NCBI GenBank assembly: GCA_965204725.1
Contig: OZ242005.1
Coordinates: 5,317,244 to 5,381,243 of the forward strand
DNA: 64,000 bases
From: Candidatus Latescibacterota bacterium
GTDB lineage: Bacteria; Latescibacterota; UBA2968; UBA8231
Reading direction: 5' to 3'
This document shows positions 59,325 through 64,000 of this stretch, piece by piece (the stretch's first letter is position 1; the number at the start of each line of letters is the position of its first letter). A program made the position numbers and the translations under genes. Under the pieces are notes generated by a model, which was given only the letters and a program-made list of their open reading frames with translations, did no database searches and was not told the DNA's origin.

Positions 59325-60188
59325 ATGTCCCCTAGCACCTCCCTCCCCTCCCATGCCTACGACCCCCTCATCGACCTCGCGTTGCGAGAAGACCTCGGCA
59401 CCGTAGATGTAGAAGCCGATCGGACCGCTGCTTGGACCGTGGCCAGCCATGCCGAGGCCCACGCTCGCATCATCGCTCGCCAAGCCGGTGTCGTCGCCGG
59501 CGTCGAAATCGCCCGTGCAGTCTTTGCTCGGCTCGACGAGGGCGTTTCTGTATGCACCGAGGTGTCCGACGGGGACGCGGTCGCAGCAGGCCAGACCCTC
59601 GTCCGCTTGCAGGGCCGCGCGCGCGCGCTCCTAGCCGGGGAACGCACCGCGCTCAATTTCCTGCAACAGCTTTCGGGCGTAGCCACCCTGACCCAGTGCT
59701 ATGTGCAGGCCCTAACCGGCACGGTCACGCGCATCACCGATACCCGCAAAACCACCCCGGGCTGGCGGCACGTACAAAAGTGGGCCGTGCGCTTGGGCGG
59801 CGGCGTCAATCACCGCATGGGTCTGTACGACGCCGTTCTAATCAAGGAAAACCACGCCGCAGCCGCTGGGGGCGTCCGCGCAGCCATTCACGCGGCGCGA
59901 GGCCAAGCAGCCCCGATCTACGTGGAGGCCGAAAATCTCGCGGAAGTTGAGGAGGCCCTAGCGGGCGGCCCGGACCGCATCCTGCTCGACAACATGGACG
60001 CGCCGACCCTGCGCCGAGCCGTAGCACTCATCCGCGCCGCCAATCCCGCCGTTGAGATTGAGGCCACCGGCGGGTACACCTTGGCGACCGTGCGCGAGGC
60101 CGCCGCGGCTGGGGTGGACCTCGTGTCGATCGGCGCTCTGACGCATTCGGCACCGGCGTTGGATCTAAGCATGCTTTTTGAGGAATAG
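59325..60188 (+). CDS. nadC: Nicotinate-nucleotide pyrophosphorylase (carboxylating)
   Basis: ERTALN, DTRKTTPG, NHRMGLYD..LIKENH, ILLDN, GALTHSA..LDLS. Confidence 0.96.
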   Translation: MSPSTSLPSHAYDPLIDLALREDLGTVDVEADRTAAWTVASHAEAHARIIARQAGVVAGVEIARAVFARLDEGVSVCTEVSDGDAVAAGQTLVRLQGRARALLAGERTALNFLQQLSGVATLTQCYVQALTGTVTRITDTRKTTPGWRHVQKWAVRLGGGVNHRMGLYDAVLIKENHAAAAGGVRAAIHAARGQAAPIYVEAENLAEVEEALAGGPDRILLDNMDAPTLRRAVALIRAANPAVEIEATGGYTLATVREAAAAGVDLVSIGALTHSAPALDLSMLFEE

Positions 60189-60193
60189 AAGCG

Positions 60194-60667
60194 CTAGCTG
60201 GCTCGCCATGTACAATAGGGATTGCTGACGAGGTTGGCGTTGTGATAGCGCGGATCGCCCGATACTTCGGCACCGGCCCAAGGCGGCTTTTCCACGACCT
60301 CTTCCCGGCTGCTCAGCTCGATTTCGGCGAGCACCAACCCCTCATTTTCTCCAGCAAATACGTCGATGCTCCAGACCTTGCCCGCCCAAAGCAAGGCGTA
60401 GCGCGTCTTTTCGATGTAGGGCCGCTGGCACAGGTTCGCGAGGATGCTCTCGGCGTCTGGGCGCGGAATTTCGTATTCGTACTCGCGGCGGGCAATGCCG
60501 CTCGTCAATCCCTTGAGCGTGAGTACGGCCCGCTGGCCCTCAATGCGCACGCGCACCACACTGCCGTCTTGGGTGGGAATGTAGCCCTGCCGAAAGGCGA
60601 CGCCCGCCAGCGAGTCGAGGCACGAGCGATCGGCCACGAGGTACTTGCGCTCGATTTCCCAAGGCAT
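60194..60667 (-). CDS. CYTH-domain protein
   Basis: EIERKYLV, QGY, VRVR, R.EYEY, IEKTR, LAEIEL. Confidence 0.92.
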   Translation of the reverse strand: MPWEIERKYLVADRSCLDSLAGVAFRQGYIPTQDGSVVRVRIEGQRAVLTLKGLTSGIARREYEYEIPRPDAESILANLCQRPYIEKTRYALLWAGKVWSIDVFAGENEGLVLAEIELSSREEVVEKPPWAGAEVSGDPRYHNANLVSNPYCTWRAS

Positions 60668-60670
60668 CGC

Positions 60671-61954
60671 TTAGTCGGAAGCGGCGCGGTCGATGAGGCT
60701 GTGGCGCTCGGGTCCCACGGAAACGTAGCGAATGCGGCAACCGATGAGCCGCTCAATCTCCAGCACATAAGCGCGTGCGGCTGAGGGCAAATCGCCAAAG
60801 TGCCGACACGAGCTAATGTCTTCTTGCCAACCCTGCATTTCTTTATACATGGGCCGCGCCTTATCCAAAACCGGATTCAAGGGGAATCGATCCACGCGCC
60901 GCCCATTGCACTCATAGTGCGTACACAAAAACAAAGGATCGAGGCCGGACAAGCTGTCGAGCTTGGTCAGGGCGATTTCCGTAGCTCCTTGTATTTGGGC
61001 ACCATAGCGCGAGGCGAGGGCGTCGAAGTGGCCAATTCGGCGGGGCCGCCCCGTGGTCGCGCCGTATTCGTACGCCATTTCGCGGAGACGGCCCGCTTGT
61101 TCGCCTGTCATTTCGGTGGCAAAACTACCGGCCCCAACGCATGTAGAAAAAGCCTTCATCACGCCGATAACTCGATCCGGAAAGTGCCCGACGAGGCCGC
61201 CGCCGATGGGGGCAAAAGACGCCAAACAACACGACGACGAAGTGTAGGGATAGATGCCGTACACGACGTCGCGCAAGGCACCCATTTGGGCCTCGAACAA
61301 AATGTTCTTCCCGCGTTGAGCCGCTTCTTCGAGCAGGACCGTGGTGTCGCAGATCAGGTCCTTGATTTGCTCGCCATAGGTGAAGACGTGATCGAGCACC
61401 TCGCTGTATTGGATGGCGTCTCGGCGGCCGTGGACGCCGGCGGCGACCAAGTTCTTCCACTCCACGAGCGGCCGCAGCCGCTCCTTGAGGCGGTCTGGAT
61501 GCAGCAATTCGCCGACTTGGATGCCCTTTTTGAGGAAGCGATCGCCGTATGCCGGGGCAATGCCGCGCCGCGTCGAGCCAAAGGCGTGCTGGCCCAGCCG
61601 CTCTTCTTCCCATTCGTCTTCTAGCCGGTGAAAAGGGAAGCAAACCGTCGCCCGATCAGACACCCGCACTGAGTCGGTGGCAAACCCGGCCGCGGACAGG
61701 TCGTTTAGCTCTTCTGCTAAGACTTGCAGGTCAACGACCACGCCCGGCCCCAACACGTTGACTACCGCTGGGTTGAATATCCCCGAGGGCACCAAGTGCA
61801 TCTTAAAGGTGCCGCATTCGTTTACTACGGTGTGGCCGGCGTTGGCCCCCCCTTGAAAACGCACGACGACATCCGCGTCCCGAGCCAGATAGTCGATCAT
61901 CCGGCCCTTTCCCTCGTCTCCCCAATTCGTCCCACATACGACTGCTATGGTCAT
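60671..61954 (-). CDS. purA: Adenylosuccinate synthetase
   Basis: WGDEGKG, RFQGGANAGHT, HLVPSG, YPYTSSS, EYGATTGRPRR, TKLD, SVGP; start MTIAVV. Confidence 0.96.
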   Translation of the reverse strand: MTIAVVCGTNWGDEGKGRMIDYLARDADVVVRFQGGANAGHTVVNECGTFKMHLVPSGIFNPAVVNVLGPGVVVDLQVLAEELNDLSAAGFATDSVRVSDRATVCFPFHRLEDEWEEERLGQHAFGSTRRGIAPAYGDRFLKKGIQVGELLHPDRLKERLRPLVEWKNLVAAGVHGRRDAIQYSEVLDHVFTYGEQIKDLICDTTVLLEEAAQRGKNILFEAQMGALRDVVYGIYPYTSSSCCLASFAPIGGGLVGHFPDRVIGVMKAFSTCVGAGSFATEMTGEQAGRLREMAYEYGATTGRPRRIGHFDALASRYGAQIQGATEIALTKLDSLSGLDPLFLCTHYECNGRRVDRFPLNPVLDKARPMYKEMQGWQEDISSCRHFGDLPSAARAYVLEIERLIGCRIRYVSVGPERHSLIDRAASD

Positions 61955-62280
61955 GGTGTGTGTTCCTTTAGGTGCTTGGCCAACCCGCGGGCTAAGTCGC
62001 CGCGCAAAACGCCGACCACTTGGGCGTCCTCGCGGCCAAAGCTCTGAGTCAGCACTTCCATTGCCTGTACTTGAAAGACGCACGTGCCGCCGCGTTCCAA
62101 GCGAGCCAACTCGCGTAGCGTGCGCGGCGCTAGATGGCTGCTGACAAATACAAAGGCCAGCGTCTTGGCGCGACGCACGGCCGACAAGCCGACGACTGTG
62201 GCCCCAGAGCGGCAGCCGATCCCCAAGAGCGCGGATAGTTGCGCCGATGGGTTGAGGCGGGGCAGTGCTTGCTCAGACAA
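61951..62280 (-). CDS. L7Ae/L30e-like (YlxQ-type) RNA-binding protein
   Basis: LLGIGCRSG..VVG..AV ... FGREDAQVVGV; overlaps both neighbours. Confidence 0.6.
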   Translation of the reverse strand: MSEQALPRLNPSAQLSALLGIGCRSGATVVGLSAVRRAKTLAFVFVSSHLAPRTLRELARLERGGTCVFQVQAMEVLTQSFGREDAQVVGVLRGDLARGLAKHLKEHTP

Positions 62281-63292
62281 AGGCTGGCGTGATGGGCGCT
62301 GACCCGCGCGCCGCCGACAGGTTGGCTGCTTCGAGTACGCCGATTACCCGGCCCGCGGATTGAGGAGTAATGACGAGGTCGGCGCGCCCTTGTAGATGCG
62401 CGAAGACGTTTTCGTAGTATGCGTCCCAATTCGACTCGGCGAAGGGCACCTCGGCACTCATCTGGCGGCCGTTGATCAGTGCCTTAACGAGAAACTTGCC
62501 ACCCACGTCCTCGATTGCGCCCTGCGTCCCCAGCACCCGCCAGCGCGGCTGCGAACTCATCGACAGGTTGGACATCGTCAGGGTGGCGGTGCAGCCGCTT
62601 TGGAAGCGCAGCGTGTATTCGGAGTGATCTTCGTTGTCGTATTTTTTCCACGCGGGATTTTTGACTTGGTAGCCGCTGACCGAGGCGATTTTTTCCGGGA
62701 CGATATTCAAGATCCAGTCCGTAAAATGCGCCCCCCAGTCGTAGATGGCTCCGCCGGAGATTTTGCGATTGGAGCGCCACCAAGTCCCCTGCTCGCCATA
62801 GCCGTAAGACCCGGCCTCAATGCGGAAGACGCGGCCGATGATTTGCTCTTTGAGGATTAGATCGCGCAGCACCACAAAGTCGCCGTCCCAGCGCCGATTG
62901 TGAAACGTCGAGATCAGGGCCTTGTTCTTTTTAGCCGCTGCTTGCATGCGCTTAACTTCGGCACTGGTGATGGCGAGCGGCTTCTCGCAGACTACGTGAA
63001 CCCCGGCATTGAGGCACTGTACCGCTAGCTTGGCGTGTGTGTTGTGCGGGGTGATGATTGTCACCAAGTCCAAGTTTGCGTTCCGCAGCATGGAGCCGAC
63101 GCGGCCGTAGGTTTTGACGCCGGGAAAGTCCTCTTCTGCTACTTGACGCCGCTCGGCATCTAGCTCGCAGACCGCAGCTACTTCTACCCCCTCGTTTTTG
63201 GCCATAGAGGCCAAGTGCAACTGACCCATATTGAACGCGCCGCCGTACCCTATGACGCCGACGCGGAAATGTCCTTGTTTTTTTGCTCCCAC
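62273..63292 (-). CDS. Gfo/Idh/MocA family oxidoreductase
   Basis: VGVIGYG, TPHNTH, HVVCEKP, FHNRRWD, GGAIYDWGAH; GTG start with GAGGAG RBS. Confidence 0.93.
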   Translation of the reverse strand: MGAKKQGHFRVGVIGYGGAFNMGQLHLASMAKNEGVEVAAVCELDAERRQVAEEDFPGVKTYGRVGSMLRNANLDLVTIITPHNTHAKLAVQCLNAGVHVVCEKPLAITSAEVKRMQAAAKKNKALISTFHNRRWDGDFVVLRDLILKEQIIGRVFRIEAGSYGYGEQGTWWRSNRKISGGAIYDWGAHFTDWILNIVPEKIASVSGYQVKNPAWKKYDNEDHSEYTLRFQSGCTATLTMSNLSMSSQPRWRVLGTQGAIEDVGGKFLVKALINGRQMSAEVPFAESNWDAYYENVFAHLQGRADLVITPQSAGRVIGVLEAANLSAARGSAPITPAFV

Positions 63293-63355
63293 CGTGTGCT
63301 CCTCTGTTAAAGGTTTGCAGCCGCGAATTTGCAAAATGCCGCTTGCAGCCGTTCA

Positions 63356-63691
63356 CTAGCTGGTTGCCGCTGCGGCAGCAAGTTGGTGATTAACAACCTG
63401 CCAGAATGTGACAATCGCGCTTTTCTCGCCGTTAAAAAAATCCTCAAAAAAACCAACTGAATTTAACGGCAAGGGATAGGCATAACGCTCGCCATCTTCG
63501 CCAATCTCTGTGACCCAATCGTCAGGCTCTGTGGAATCGATCACCTCAAAAAACGAAGCATCATAGAGAAAAGGCCGGCCCGCGTCGTTCAAGATCCTAA
63601 AGTCATCGGCTTCTATCCCAATTACAATATAATGTTGGTTGGGAGTGAGATCGGGATGTGCGATATTTTGTTCTCTAAATTGGACGATCAT
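63356..63691 (-). CDS. Acidic hypothetical protein (immunity/antitoxin-like)
   Basis: LT...Y.VIGIE...FRILND.G.PFLY....FE; 4-bp overlap with the upstream basic ORF; AT-rich. Confidence 0.65.
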   Translation of the reverse strand: MIVQFREQNIAHPDLTPNQHYIVIGIEADDFRILNDAGRPFLYDASFFEVIDSTEPDDWVTEIGEDGERYAYPLPLNSVGFFEDFFNGEKSAIVTFWQVVNHQLAAAAATS

Positions 63692-63879
63692 AGCGAATCA
63701 ACTCGTTTTTGCTTCAACTCAATGCGACCGATCTCAGGATGTTCATACCAGTGAATTTCGTATTGATGCCCGGCAACTTCAAAGCGGGGACTGCTCTTTT
63801 TGGCCCATCTCGATGCGCGACCACCATAAGTGCGAACCAAACGTTGCACATCGCGAATGCGGTTGCCTTTGGCGATCAC
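63688..63879 (-). CDS. Small basic protein (toxin-domain-like), start uncertain
   Basis: IRD..RL...YGG...W.K...EIHWYE...G..E.K.K. Confidence 0.55.
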   Translation of the reverse strand: MIAKGNRIRDVQRLVRTYGGRASRWAKKSSPRFEVAGHQYEIHWYEHPEIGRIELKQKRVDSL

Positions 63880-64000
63880 GCGAGATTGTGCAATCTGTTT
63901 TGATGTCAGCTCAAGAATTTCACAGACCCTTTCTTAACTTCGGATTGGCCTCGCTAACGGGTTTATATTTTTGACACGAGCGATTGTTATATAGCCGAAT

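Noticed and set aside
63971-64000. TTGACA promoter at the window end
   Set aside because: No -10 element at 16-18 nt spacing; context truncated

Overview
GC-rich bacterial chromosomal window. The secreted FlgD-Ig families, SWGxIK C-terminal motif and DUF6785-like protein suggest a Latescibacterota/Gemmatimonadota-like lineage (inference only). Layout: (1) 1-5.8 kb: tail of a HEPN gene, class-III aminotransferase, purF, creatininase-family gene, an 11x11-aa repeat coiled-coil gene, and a VapBC module bracketed by a duplicated gene end plus terminator. (2) 5.9-31.5 kb: a large uncharacterised envelope locus with three paralogous secreted FlgD-Ig proteins, a putative outer-membrane protein, TPR/FG-GAP/PpiC lipoproteins, GT-C-TPR and spermidine-synthase-like-TPR membrane enzymes, a DUF6785-like transporter and an SGNH hydrolase; two of these genes carry 1-nt homopolymer frameshifts. 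(3) 33.8-53.9 kb: a ~20 kb co-oriented defence island with an SNF2 helicase-nuclease / DUF1156 adenine methylase / DUF499 ATPase backbone, interleaved with a protease + small protein + P-loop ATPase cassette, a C5-methylase + GHKL-nuclease cassette and an orphan HigA, followed by tandem AAA-nuclease paralogs. (4) 54-64 kb: aspC, a glycogen-synthase-like GT, a TIR + duplicated-domain gene pair, nadC, CYTH, purA, an L7Ae-like gene, a Gfo/Idh/MocA gene and a toxin/immunity-like pair. No rRNA, tRNA, CRISPR array, integrase or transposase was recognised. All family calls come from motifs read by eye, not from database searches.
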